A stretch of 64,000 nucleotides of DNA, from NCBI GenBank assembly GCA_036172245.1, contig JAYWIR010000025.1:1054001-1118000 (forward strand), in the 5' to 3' direction. Shown piece after piece: positions 12,701 to 26,000 of the stretch. Below the pieces are notes generated by a model. It was not told where the DNA came from and made no database searches. It worked only from the letters and a program-made list of their open reading frames with translations. Within the stretch, counting starts at the first letter, position 1. The number at the start of each line of letters is the position of its first letter. The translations under genes were made by a program, and so were the position numbers. The stretch is from Raillietiella orientalis (lineage: Eukaryota).

Positions 12701-13249
12701 ATTTCGCCCTTTCTGATTTTTCTTCTTCATCTGCGGATTTCGTGACGTGCACTGTCGTGTACAAATGAAGCACAGGATCAGAACCCCCTCTTGTATCCAT
12801 TTAAGAGAAACTCAGGGTAGCAGCGTTTGTGGACTGCGCGCATCCTGCAGCCTCCAGAAGACATCTCGCACACTGGGAATGCGGAGGGCGAACTCTACCA
12901 GGAGTCAACCACATCGAATCGCTCATGAATAAGGTGGCTGGCAGGATCGCCAACGCGCCATGTCCTTCTTCAAGGGGAATGGAACAGTGGCGGGAAGTCT
13001 TTCGGTCACAAGAAGAAACCACCTGTCCGTTAAGGAGATACGTCGAGAGCAGGGATTTTATCCGCAGCGGCGAATGGGGATTTCTTCATCTGCATTTTTC
13101 ATTTTTTCTATTTCCTTTTCCCTCCCTCCCCTCCCCCTCTCCCCATACAGATGTCTCTCTCTAAGTTCACCGGTGTTCACTATTAGGCGGTGAGGCGAAA
13201 GGTCTTGGATTAACACCGGCGAGTGGGAACATCAATTACGATTTCAAAA

Positions 13250-13800
13250 AATCCGCGACAACCACTATGCTAACATACAAAACGCTGGGGGCCGCAGTCA
13301 TTCCCAATTTCCTGGAATAGAAAAACCTAGGGCTGCCTTCCCGCTAGTTAATGCCAACATCACGCTTGCAAAACGTCAGGAATGCCACGTTACGACGACG
13401 TCGGTGGTAGGGGCATTTCTTGTTTTCGTCTTTGGAAAGAGAAACGTAGTTAACGGTACACACATATCAGCGTGGCGCGCGCGTATTTCTCTTTTACGGT
13501 GCTGCTGCTCCTTCGGAAGAAACGAAATGGTCTTCAAGAGGGGCTTCTTGAACATCCAAGGCAACTCCGTGCGTTTCCATAACAGCAGGCAACGGAGCAC
13601 GCTGCTGCGTGGATTATCCCTCGAAGACAGGGGGCAACAAGTGTCTTGTTTGCTCGAATTCTGGGGGGCGGAAGTCTTCACTGCACCCAAACGAAGTGAA
13701 ACGCCTTTCGAGTGCGTGGAAAAACTCTTAACGACTCCATTCATGGCCGAGTGCTTGTACATCTGTAAAAGTGCCGTTTCTTTCTGCGTCACCGTCCTAC
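13250..13800 (-). mobile_element. Mariner-type transposase fossil
   Basis: SSVLRCLLLWKRTELPWMFKKPLLKTIS (cf. KVM..VFWD..G......TIN), VVVTWHS (cf. V+L.HDNA), and LGF...LRPPAFCML (cf. LAPSDF.LF) in the correct order. Confidence 0.35.
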
Positions 13801-15805
13801 ATGCCCAAGAGCAACCAAAACACTCGGACAAAGGAAGTCCACGGAAAGACCAAAGTAAAAGCGACGCGACTTCTTTTACAGAAAATCTACTGCAGGAGGG
13901 CAGGAAAGAAGAGTCACCACCGACAGACGACCTGTAGGAACAAATCACGGTTTCACAACAGAGCATTCGAATGCTGCCTTTCAGCAGGTAAGGCCAAAAA
14001 AAAAAACTACAGGAACACCTTTCTTGCTCGCGTCCATACTTTCGTAGATCTTGAAGAACTCACTTTCGTTTCCTCGATTGATTTACATCCACTCTCATTT
14101 CCTTTGGCTTCCGATTCACCTCAAGGCTGAATGAAATTTCCACAAGACCTCCGCTTCTCTCCAAAGCCTTTTTTTAACGAAACATACAGAGCCCTAAGCA
14201 AGACACAAGGAAGGAACAGTGGAAAGGGACGTCATCAACAGCCACTAGCAGCAGCACAAAATAGTCAGTCTGCAAAAGCCAGAAGGTAAAAATCCAAGGT
14301 GCGTGGATCTAAGACGCTTCTCACGAAAGAAAATGTTGAGGGAAGGAACGACGCACTCTTTTATGAATGCCTTCCTTACATTTTTTCCCCTGCTTTCCTT
14401 TTCCATCTCACCCTGGCTGAAGGGGGACTATCATCTCATCTTCTGTCAGCAGATGCTCATCGGCTCACATCAAGACCGAATTCCAGTTTGAAGGAACGAA
14501 GCAAATTTTTAAAGCCACATGCAGCAGCAGCAGGAGACGCTTCTGTGAATAAACCCATCCTTCACGTGTGAAGGAATGCCAGTTCGAATACAAAAGAGCC
14601 AAACTGGTTTGTCATTTGTCAACGTTTGATAGGGCACTACCAATGGAAAGCCGAGACACCAGGCGCCAGTGTGAACACTTTCCCTCGGGATGCCTTTTGA
14701 ACGGACATTTCCTTATCCTTTCTTTCTGCCGTAGCATCCGAGAACCAAAAAAAAAACAGCGCCAGAATCCAACCAATTTCAAGTGTCCGCTGCGAGACTG
14801 AACCTCTAACTGCTACGCCCACTTTCTCATCTGCATGCCAGAATGAATCCACTACTCGCACCCCTTCGTCACTCCAGCAGCAAAGAATCTCCAAACCCAG
14901 AATTTGCATGCTTGGACGCTCACCAAATTCCCCTTCCCCCCCAAAGTTCAAATAGCAGAGGACGCATGCGCACACTTCTCGCATGTCCTCTTCTCGCATG
15001 GCTGCTTGATTTAAAGGTGTTTCTCGCGTCTGTGTTCCAGTCAGTGGGGACTCAAGCTGCCCTTGTAGCGGTTGGGCAAAGCATCGGAAGGAGCCAACCT
15101 CCTTTCGAAACGAAGCTCACCTTCGAAGCCCGGATTGAATTCAGGCTTGCATGTGCGTGCCCCATACGCAGCAACCGCGTGTACAACCGCATATTGTATG
15201 TACAGAGTGCATTTCATATTCAGATTCCTGCCTCTCGTGCTTTCACTCCTGATTACTGGGCGATCAACGGAAGAGAGAGAGTGGGCTGCATTGCAGACCT
15301 GCTCGTTACGGTTGAAGGTATGCTGGAAACGCTGCCAAGTGGCTGCTCTTTCCATTCGGAGTGGACGCTGGATGTCGAGCTGTGGACAAGAGCACGCCGC
15401 TTTCAATTCGCGTCGCCGCCTTTCGCTCTGTCCTGAGTGCGGCGCTTAGTAGCAGCACAGGTTCCCGAAAATGGACCGATCTACCGTGACGACGGCGGGG
15501 AGTTGCCGGCGGCGAGATGAGGACGAAATGGATGGGATCGAAGGCGGCGGCCCCTACCGTCAAGTGGGAAGCACGTCCCAAAGGCAAGGAAAGCGAAAGA
15601 GATCACCCCGAGCTAGCTGCAGCTTCTCGCATCTTAAAAGGGAATTTTTGGAAGGCAAAAAAAAAAAAAAAAAAAAACGGGATCACGCGTGATGCGAGAG
15701 GAGGACGTTCCCTTGGGAGCCTCAGCCCATGAGGAGGAACTTTCGAAGGAGAGTGTGGGAACCGGTGAACAAAACGTAGTGGTTTCCACGGGGGAGAAGA
15801 CTCAC

Positions 15806-15934
15806 CTTTCTTGTTGCTGAGGAACTGCGTTCCTTTCACTCCGATTCGTGGTGCTATCCCTGATATAAGGGAACCGTTAGTCAGGGGAAACTTGATTTCG
15901 CTGCTCGCCGGGTGGAAGAAGTCGTATTTCTGAT
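15806..15934 (-). CDS. GPCR coding exon 3 (proximal C-tail), 129 nt, phase 1-1
   Basis: Acceptor aaattttgtttcAG|AT, donor AAAG|GTGAGT. Reads (D)QKYDFFHPASSEIKFPLTNGSLISGIAPRIGVKGTQFLSNKK(G). Phases fit exons 2 and 4. Confidence 0.75.
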
Positions 15935-17579
15935 CTGAAACAAAATTTTGCTTAGTTGACCCAAAGACGTCTGGGAAATGCCTATCAGATCGCCTGTCGC
16001 CCTCGGCCGTTTCATCTGAAAGAAATGATTTGTGGGAACACTTTCCATTCGGGAACATTAACCGACTCCTTTCAGCCGTAAGGGGTAAGAACAGGGATCC
16101 CCAGACCTCGAAGGGCTGTTTCGCCGATGCTGAGTTCTCTGGAGGAAGGGCATCGCGGATCATTCCGTTCTCAGGACTTTTCCGAGCGTTCGTCTCCTCG
16201 CGGTCACTCTGTCCTCCGCCCTCCGACTGCTGGGCATCCGAGTGTTCTTAATTCATGCTTTCGCTCCCTGCTTTCCGTTTTCTTCTTGCCTTCCACTTCC
16301 GTTCTATTTTCTTCTGCCTCAAGATCCTGATCACTGTGCCGTCTTCCATTCTGCGATCTTGTGGTCCGCTCCGGACAAAGCGCCTGTTTCGCTTCTTCCC
16401 GTCTTCCGATGGAGCTGTGGAATCTCACCGACGGGAACGTGCTCAACGTCACAGCCTCCTCCTCGATGCAGCGACGGGGATCGTGTGAATCAGGTCGAAA
16501 GAACATCATCAAGACGGAAGAATGTTCATCTTTTTTTGTTATTCCCATTTCCTTTTCTCCTCAAAGGCTATCCTTTTGTTTCGCGTTCTCTCCAAGATCA
16601 TTTGCCAGGCGTGCGTTGGAGGTGCGCACCTTCACGCAGCTCTTATTCCGTCGCGCAGCCAAGGATGAATCGTGTTCCCCACACACTGGAAGGAGTTACC
16701 AGTTTCTCCGAGTTTGTAGTGCACGACGGGGACGGGAGAGAAGAACTGCTCCTTTCCATGGCGCAAGAGCCTGCGCTTCCACCCCCCACCTACGCCCAAA
16801 TGTGCGCGCGTCGGAAGCCCCCCTCCACCCCGTGTGAGTCTACGAAAACTCTACGGAACCACCATTCTAAGCTCTTAGGGAGCCTCGACGCCTAGGTTGA
16901 AAGTTTTCTCCTTTCTTGTTCTACGAAATTTTTCGCTGACTTTACGGCGGGGAGCCGGAAGAAGGCCCAGGCACCCAGCTCATCATCCACTTTCGATGAG
17001 CCCTCGATCGCTCTCCACAATCTGTCGCTTTCTTCAAAAGCTGCTCACGGATTCATGACGAATACCGTGGTTTGCATCCAAGCTGCTGTCCCTTTCATTC
17101 GAAAACTATTTCACAGCTGACAAAATCTGATTACGCAAATGATTATGCATGTATTAATAGAAGCTCGCAAGGAGCCGCGTGACGTCACAACACCGCGAGA
17201 CCTCGGTTTCCATTTCGGCATTTGGCAGTAGGCAGGGAACGATGCGAAAAAGCAGGCTGGGATCGCTGTGTCGCAACATTGGTAAACCTCAAACACGGAA
17301 GTTCAAAAAAGAAGGAGAATTTTCTTGTCTTTTCGGGTTTAAGTGCATGCTGCATTCTCCTGTTGGTTACCTGGAATGTTTTCAGGGAAGTTCCCGTGCA
17401 GAACTGGGAAAAAAGTAAACAAGCAAGCAGCAGACATTCCTAGTGTCCAGAATATACTAGGATTGGAAAAAAGGGGTGAATAAAGTCTGCAGTCGCGCGA
17501 AGGTCAAAGCCTATCAATGAAACCAAATAGTGGGACAAAACCAAATTATGACAAATAAAAGCGACCATTCCACACGCCG

Positions 17580-17900
17580 CTGGTAGACGGACGTGGATAG
17601 GTTTCGACGAACGTGGTCATGTCATTTGTCGACACCCAACAACAAAACAATAGGGAAGGTGATTTGCTGAGGTGTGCATCCAGAAAAACCCATGAAAAAC
17701 TTAAAGGCACACAGACGAAACAAAGGAGCTGTTGCACTTCTACTATGCACAAGCAAACTGGGAGCAAAAATTTTTCCAGCAGCGTGGAGGAAGGAAGCAT
17801 TCCTGAAGTGACCACGTCATTCGAATGCGACCCGCAGCATCATGACCACCCATTTGGAAAGGCATGCCTTCTCCGGGAATCATCGGGAACACGCATGTCG
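17580..17900 (+). mobile_element. Possible mariner transposase fossil in intron 2
   Basis: VVMSFVD...RKTHEKLKG...STMHKQT...DPQHHDHPFG loosely follows mariner VM..FWD / HDNA.PH / DLAPSD+.LF spacing. Confidence 0.25.
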
Positions 17901-18095
17901 CCTCACATATAGAACAAACCAGATAGAGCCGAGTTTCCACAGAAGGAAGTATTCCGTGGATTTGTGTGCAACTCGGACGCTGACAAACGGTTCTTATGGC
18001 TTTTCATCAGGTGTTTGCCAAAGTCGGGTTTCACCAAAGTCAAGAAACCCGGTTTTCAAGAACAAGGAAGGAGCGATTCTGAGCAGTAAACCTAC

Positions 18096-18282
18096 CAAGA
18101 GATGCCTGCATGTATTTGTCTTTGAAGTAATGCTTTCTGATTATAGAGCGTATGTTGACATCGTAAGCAATGATGCTGACTGCCGTCAGGAAGCCATCAG
18201 CCAAGGAAAGCCACATGGCCAAGCTTGCATAGGGCCAGTCTGGCAAGAAGTCCTCGAAGAATATTCCAATCGTGGACACAAC
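18096..18282 (-). CDS. GPCR coding exon 2 (end of TM6, ECL3, TM7, helix 8)
   Basis: Branch point GACTAAC, acceptor gatttcgttccAG|GTT (phase 0), donor CTTG|GTAGGT (phase 1). Reads VVSTIGIFFEDFLPDWPYASLAMWLSLADGFLTAVSIIAYDVNIRSIIRKHYFKDKYMQASL, supplying the TM7 missing from exon 1. Confidence 0.88.
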
Positions 18283-20099
18283 CTGGAACGAAATCTCCGT
18301 TAGTCCTAGCTTCCGGTCGAATAGGGGAGGACAGCGTCGAGGTCGCAAACACGTCTCTCTCACGATGGGGAATCTGCGCCCTCCGACGAGTACCGTATAT
18401 TTTCATCCCGTTCGTATTCGGGTGCAGTCTTAATTGGTTTAACAGATGGCTGTTTTTCTGTTTACGAGCGCACGCTTCTCTGAGAAAACCGGAGGTTTCT
18501 GCCAATACGATCGTGTGGTGAGTTTGCAAAATCGCTACGAGCTACTCACAGTAGCGGACGGAATAAAAAGATCGCCTCTCAACAGCGGGAAAGCCCCTCG
18601 TTCATGACCTTTCTGCGGCGAACCGCCGGCCGAGAATAGTCTGAACGGTCTTAAAAGTTGGGTTTGCGATGACAAATGGGACCATATTCATGAAACCAGA
18701 ACACGAATCTGGGGATGCTACTCTTTCTGAGAGGAAGTGAAGATCTTTCAGGTAAGACCCGCTCGTTTTCACAGGTCACCTTTGGTGAGAATAAGAAGAA
18801 GAAGAAGAAGAATAAAAAAACGAAGATGAAATTTGAAATAACATTTTCAAAATGAAGTAAAAGAAAAAAAAAAATCAATAAAAAGTCTTGCATCGAACAG
18901 TCAACCTCCCATGTTTTCCACGTAATCGAGGCTCCTCTTAGTTTTTGAAACATCCGTAAAGTAATCTCAACCTCCACTTACAGTAAGACACTTTCAAACA
19001 TTCCGACGAGTACTTGAGAGTGTTTGCAAATGGATGAATGGGCTAAGGAATGCTCCATGAAGTCAGCGGAGACATTCCGTGGTTCTCGGAGGAAAAGCTT
19101 TTAGGGCGTCGGGGAAAGCGAACAGAGCGTGAAGTTCTACTTATAACCACGCGTTCTACATCTGCAATCCTGATTTTTCAGAAGGATTCTTCGTACTGGA
19201 TTCAGGAACCTTGTCGAAAGGCAATCCAAGAACTCGCCACATGAACCCACTTATGCTTTCCCACACGCGGTTGTCTGCATCAAAGCATACTTTCGGCTGC
19301 TGCCCTTTGTGGCCGACTGCCTCAGAGAGCTTCAGCAAGGTGCAGAGCCCGCACAGCCGCAATACCCTGCTGATCAAAAGGCCCGATCCAGATCAGCAAG
19401 GTGCAGCAAGGTAGCACCGGTTCCCGTCACCCGTAAGAAGCAGACGAGAAATGACATCACCAAGCGCACACAAATTATTCTGGTAACAAAGAAATGGGCA
19501 ACTGATCATCATCCTGGAGCAACCTCGGAGGCAAACAAAGGTAGCTTTCGAGGCCAAGGCTTTGTTCTTCAAGAATGCTCTTGTTTGGTGTACTCCATGT
19601 CAACTCTATCTGTCAGCTACCAAGAGAAAAAGGAAAAGCCAAAAAAAAAAAAAATGACAAAACAAAAGGAGACGAGAAACGGTACGTGTGTACCGTTTTT
19701 CTATCGAGGCGTGCGTCCAGTCCAACGTACGGAAATGCCGAACGTTGGACTGCACCGTAATGTGATTCCAAAAACTCGCGCTGCAGTCCTGAGATTCGGA
19801 AATTTCTTCGAATGACCTCCCGGCGTAAAAAAAAGCAGCAGCGACTCCGAGAATGTAAACAGAAGTCAACATGATTTCCCTCGTGAGACAAAGATGGTTT
19901 CTCGTTCTCTCTAATGGACTGATACTCCGCCGATGTCGAAGGCAACGGATCTCGCTCCGAGGCAGGACTGAAACTAGTCCATCAGCAAACAGAAAATCCG
20001 GATTTGAGTTGTTGGTCTCCCTGATTTCCAGGTGGAGATACTGGCAAGGTCTCGGATTCACAGGCCTTTGAGACGTTTTCTCTCTTGATGCACCGCCCG

Positions 20100-23000
20100 T
20101 TCGGTAGACGCCGTGTCTGGCTTCGGGGTAAACATTCCACGGAGCTACGAATTTTCTCCGGCAGATGCCACTCAACACGGGTCTCTCGAGAGGTTGCGAA
20201 TTCGTGAATCCGGAGCGATCCGATGAGAGGAATGGCGTCCTCGCTCGGAGGCCCGAAAGCTGGAGAAATTTTTGGTGAAGGTGTCCAAAGAAAATGGGGG
20301 GGGGGGGAGGTCCAGCACGAAACTTTGATTCGCGTGCATCACGCGACCGCAAGGAGCTACTGGGAAGGTGCGTGCGTTCGCTCGAGCGCGATCGGGAAAA
20401 GCTGCGCGTGTTTCAGTGAGCGAGACGGAGCCTTTTCTGCTCTCGGCCTGTGCTTCGAGAAGTGAGTCCTTCGCAAGTCCCTTTGTTCCTTCGCGTCCGA
20501 GACCGCCCATCCGATACGCGGGTTCCTAAGATCCGTGGCGACCGGGAAGCACGGAGGCGTTTCGGAAACTTCGGATCGAATCTTTCCGACGGAGTGCCGG
20601 GGGCCGACCTTCCGAGATGCTGCTCGAAACTGCCCGTCGGCACGAATGGCGTGCGGTTGCGTGCGCAGCCGCCTCTCTTTCGCCGGAATTTCCATCGAGG
20701 CAGATGGGGCGCTCTCGCAAATGCAGCCACTGTGAAGATCTTTTGCGGGAGAGTGAGGATGCCATCCACTGCTCGTACGGGGGAAGGTGGAAAGAAGGAA
20801 AGAAAACTTTGTGGTGCTGTCTCCAGGCAGCAACGCCTCGTCCGTCACCCGGTCTGACCAAGAACACTCTGGGTTTCGCTGGGTTCCAAGAATCAAAACA
20901 AGGAGAACCTCGAAGGAGCCGGGATGACTATGCTCAAGGATGGGAGCCGTAGAAACGCGGACGCGTTCCGTGGAAGATCGCAATTTGCATCCCGAAGCTT
21001 CCAATAAATTTTGACCTTCGAGGCGCTAAAGTGCCACTCCCCATCATCACTTTCACCAAGGGGATCGGAAGAGTGGTTGGTGTAGCGACCGCAGCGACGA
21101 CTTGCGATGGCCCCCGTCCGCCGTTTCGCGAAGCCGCCGCGTCTTTCGAGGGGTGGCTGTGCGGGGTCTCCCAGGGGAACCCGAAAGAGAAAAAGTTTCC
21201 TTCCTCGAACGGGAGGTCCTCCTGGAGCGAGCGCCGGCGGCGGGCGAAGCAAAGGTCGCGTCTCACGGTTTTCGGAAGAGGCTAACCACCCACTCCCGCC
21301 TGGCATCGGAGTATGCACGAGCGAGGCACAGAAGTTCCCGGGAAGCCGTGCTGTTTGGGAGTCGTCTGGTGGTGATCAGCAGTTTGCTCGGCGAAGAGAA
21401 AGCGACGTGTGCATTCATCTGCGTGACCCCAGAACGGGGAGGGGCTGCGGCTCGGCAGTGCTCCCCGAGGTCACGAGGGACGAACGATTCTCAGCTTCCA
21501 TTCACTCGCGAGGGGAAGCTGCACGATCGCCCGGTGAGGCAGGGCTTTGCGGCTCTCGGTCTGAGAAAGGACTCCCGGGGCACTGTTTCGCCATGGTAAT
21601 GCCGCCGGAAGCGAGGAGAAAAGGTGGCCGGCGATGATGACAGCCTTTGCAGGGGCGGTTTCCGCGGCAGTGGGCGCCGAGGGGTGCGTGGGCCGGATCC
21701 AAGAGCGGAGGCGAATTCGAACCGGGAAGGCGGAAGCTGTTGCTGGTCCCTCGAAGCAAAAAGAGAGGGCGGGGTCTCCCCGGAGCGTCCGGGAAATGTG
21801 TGCGTCGGGTTGGGGGCATCCAGCCTCCTCATCCCCGCACCCAGCCCGGATCCAGCATCTCACGTCCGCTTGCGTCCTCTGTGGGCATCTCTGCCAGCTC
21901 GAGCGAGGGACGAAGGGAAAGGCGTGGGCACCGCTGCGCCGCCAGGAGAAGGTCGCCGCCGCGCGCGGTCGCGAGGTGCCGGACGCAGGCTTTCCGGACG
22001 CACCGGGTTGGTCGGATGGGAATCTCGCGGGAGATGCATGCACGGAGATGACGACGGCGCGGGGTGGAGCTCTGAAATGCGGGACCAGATCTGCACTTGG
22101 AGCAGGCATGGGAAGGAAGGGAAAAGGACGCTCCGTACTGGCGCGCGCACCCTCGCGGGATGGCGAAGGAGCAACGAGGGCGGCAGCCATTGCTCTTTCG
22201 CGATCCGTGCCAGCTGCTGCTTCGCTTCTCTTCCTTGCTGCCTCGGCACGTGCCATCAAAGACCCCCCAAGGCAAAGAGCTTCTTCTTCCTTTCTTATAG
22301 GCGCCAACTTGCGAGCGGCGCTTCGCGCGCGCCTGTTTTCGCAAGCCACGTCGATGCCCATCGATTCGAATGGCGTCTCGACATGCTCCGGTGAAAAGCA
22401 GCACATTCCTCGAGGACAGAGGTGAAAGACACAAGGCAGGGAAACTCGTGCTGACTGGCAGGAAAAAAAATGGGGTCGAAGGGCGCTACCTGTTCGTTCC
22501 TGGCAGGGAACCCGCCACCTTTCCGAGGGAAGGCGCGACGCGTCGGAGCGCCGCAAGAAGCTATGTCCCTTGAACCAAAAAGGGTTCCCCCGCCCTTTTC
22601 CCTGACCTTCCTAGGAAAAGATGGAGGGGACGAGGAGGTTCGCGACTTCCATGAGGGCTGACTTTTCGGCCCGCCTGGACGCTTCGGTTGCCTGGAGGGG
22701 GTGAGTGGGGCAACGGAATCTGGTCGGGCGATCGCGGGCGGCGCGAGACGCAGCGGAGTGGAGCGGGGAGGGCAAGAGAAACCTCTTGGCGCGCGCCACA
22801 CCGAGCGACACGGCAGCGCTGCGCCTGCCCATGGTCCCACTGTCCTCCTGGAGGGTCCCTGCAGAGGAATGAGCTTGACTTCGGCGCTTCTTCCCGGAAA
22901 CGGTGGCGCTCTCGACGCGCGCTTCCGTGGAAACGGCGAGGGGATGCCACGCAGGTTCCCGTTTCTAGGCTTCGGGAACCCTCCCCTGTTCCCCTCCCCC

Positions 23001-26000
23001 TATAAAAAAGAAGCAAACAAACAGGAGCATTTGTAGGGAGCTGGCCGCGAAGAGGTCTCGAGAGAGAAGCGGTTCGGACTCGTGCTGAGGAGGAGGCCGG
23101 AGATGAATCGAGCCGCGCGCGCGCGTGCCCACGTGACTGGGTCGGCACTTCCTTTGCAAGTTCGCCATGAGAACAGGGACGGGCATGAGGGAGGGGGGGG
23201 AGGAAAGCTCCTATGGAGGTGAGGAATGAAGGCTGACTCCCAGCGTGCCTCCGGGAAGTGCTCCCAAGAAAAAGGAAACCGACCAACGTCTCGTTTCGAG
23301 GGGTCGTGTGGAATGCCCCAGGACCGAGACCTGCTCCAGCAAAAGAGGGGGAAGGAAGAGGAAGAAGAGAGGGCTTTCCGCGTGAATGCAAGAACAAGGA
23401 AAGAGAAACGAAGAAGCCGTCTGCGATCAGCTGTTCTCAACGCCCCCCACCCCCTCCGCTCCCTGCTCCTACTCCCAAACGCCCATTTGCAGAGGCATCC
23501 TCCATACGTGCGCATCCTCACGGTCTCCGGCCGACTCCACGTCTCCCTTGCTGGCCGCCTTTTCCGCTCGGATGGCTTTCGGCGACATTCCGAGCCGGAA
23601 GTTTCCCCAGGAGAGGCAAACACGCTGCCGTCCATCCGCGCGCACGCCGGAGAGCCAAAGTCCTCCTCCTCCTCCTCCTCGTCTCGCCAGCTGCAACGGC
23701 CTTCGGAGCCGGGGGGCGTCCCGCGGCATGCCCGAAGGAGGGAGGGAGGTTGCGCGAACAGCCAGCCTGCGTAGACAAACGGCAGCACATTCAACCTCCG
23801 GGGGATGACCGACCGCCCTTGCGGTCGAGTACCGGAGCGCTCCAGCAGCAGCGAAGCCGGCCAGTCGCCCCCGGCGATGCAACTGACAGAGGCAAGCAAG
23901 AACGAACAGGAAACCGGCGGTTTTAGTCTCGAGGGGCGCTCTCTGCCCTTGAAAGCATACGTGCCCCTTCCTCCTGATTCCAGGGATCTCTCCCTGAGGG
24001 CATTCCGCCTTCTTCACTCCCCTTCCCCTGGTTGATTTCCCAAAGAGCACATCACAGGTCCTGAGCAGCCGCCACACCCTCAAAAACGCAGAGAGTGAGG
24101 ACCTGCTGGAAGAACAGTCTCAGTAGCCTCTTCCTCCTGTTCCCTTTCTTCTTCCTCCTCCTTCTCTTCCTCTTTCTCCTTATTCCTTTCTTCCCTCTCT
24201 TCTTCCTCCTCTTTCTTCTTCTCCCTTCTTCTCCCTCCTCTTCACCTGGAAATCGCAGTGAGCCCTCCCCGCCGGCTAGGAGGACCCGGTCGAGCTCCGT
24301 CGGCGGTCAACGACGGCTGCCCTCCGGGAAGACTGACGCGTCCGTGGAGGTGTCGCACTGAGCGAGCGCGCAAGCAGGCCGGCGATGCAGGGACGGGAGA
24401 GACTCGGCGAAGCGGGAGCGGTGAGGCGTGGCAATCACTGCTCGTCAGGCTGGGGGGGCAGCGAGCGGGCGAGCAGGCGTTTCTTTTCTTCACTTCCACG
24501 CTCCCCCCCCCTTCTCCCGCTCGAACGGGAGAAGGCGGAGAAAAAGAGAGGCCTTTCCGCCGTCTGCTTCCGGGAAAGCGCGTCTGCGTGCGGCGCACGA
24601 ACGAGGGGAAGGAGATGGGGCGAGGAAGATGCTCGAAGGAGCCCTACCTCTCCTGGTGCTGCCCACCACATACACCCTACTCGCTCATTTCTCTCTCTCT
24701 CTCCCTCTCTCTCCCCCCCCCCTCTTCTGAGAGAAAAAAAAAAAAGGAAAAAGAAAGGAAGGAAACCGAGGGCGGTCACCACCGCTCGAAGCGGTCGGCG
24801 AGGAGGTGCGCGGCTTCACGCCAGGCGCTCGCGGCGGCAAAAGGCAACACACGCGGCGGCGGGGGGGGGAGGGGAGGGGGGAAAGGATCGAAGGCTCTTA
24901 GCTACTTGCGATGCTGGCCGGCGGCTCGGATCAAGGGAGATCAAGGGAGAGAAAGGGATAGGCAACCAGCGAATGGTCTGCGGATTGGAGAGTGAAGCTG
25001 GGAAGAGCCGGCCCTGAGTCGAATCCCGAACTTCGTCCCGTCTCGTCCGGGTTCCCTTGTCCTCTCCTCCACCAGCAGAAACCGAGGCGTTTACCTGCTC
25101 GCCTCCCCTCTGGCCGTCTTCAAGGACTCCGGGAGCGCTCGCGGCGGAATCGTCCCTAGGAGGAAGAGAGAGGACGACTTCCTTTTCTCATCTCCCGCCT
25201 CGTCCTACTGGCTAGCGCCCTGAGCACGGGCCGTCCCATTCCAGGATGCGGGCGAGGTCGTCCTGGGGCCGCTCGCCCGCTCGAGGGAACGACGGAGTCA
25301 GTCGACCCCCAGGCGTGGGAACGCGGAAGAGCGGCACGGTGACGCCAGGCTAAGGGGCGAACCGCTCGAAGAGGGCGACTCGGTCTCGTCGATTCACCCA
25401 CGCGGGGGCCCGCCGGCAGCTTCGCTACGGATGAGTGCCGCAAGCTGCCAGCATCTCCGGACCGCGCCGGTCGCGAAACTCTCCGGAGAGTCTCTCCGCG
25501 CGCGACGCATCCAAGCCGACACTCCCACGCGCGGACCTCGGGGCGGCTTCGTGCGAGGAAAGACGATGACCAGGCCGCGCGACGCAGCGGGCGAGGGGCG
25601 CGTTGCCAAGCGGCCGTGTGGATCCGGGCGCGCCCGGAGAACCGCGCAAGCAGCAGCGACCACCGGAGGATCCATCCTTGGTCAGCGGATGGGGGATGGA
25701 TCCGTCGCAGGGAAGTGCGCGCGCATATCTCCTCCGGGCATGAGGGAGGCGAGGAGCACTCAGGAACGGGACGAAGCCACGCTCCGCGTCGAGCAACTCT
25801 TGCGCAGCGGGGATCACTCCACCCACCCGCGGTGGTCCAGAGACCGCCGCTCTACGCACGTCGTTTGACCGAGTCGGCGGCTGCAAGTGCGAGCAGCGCC
25901 CCTCGAGAAGAAGCGGCGCGGATCGGAAGTGGCCGGAAGCGCCCGACTCGAAGAGAGTCATCGACAGATGTTCTAAATCGCTGCGTGGTGCCGACCATTC

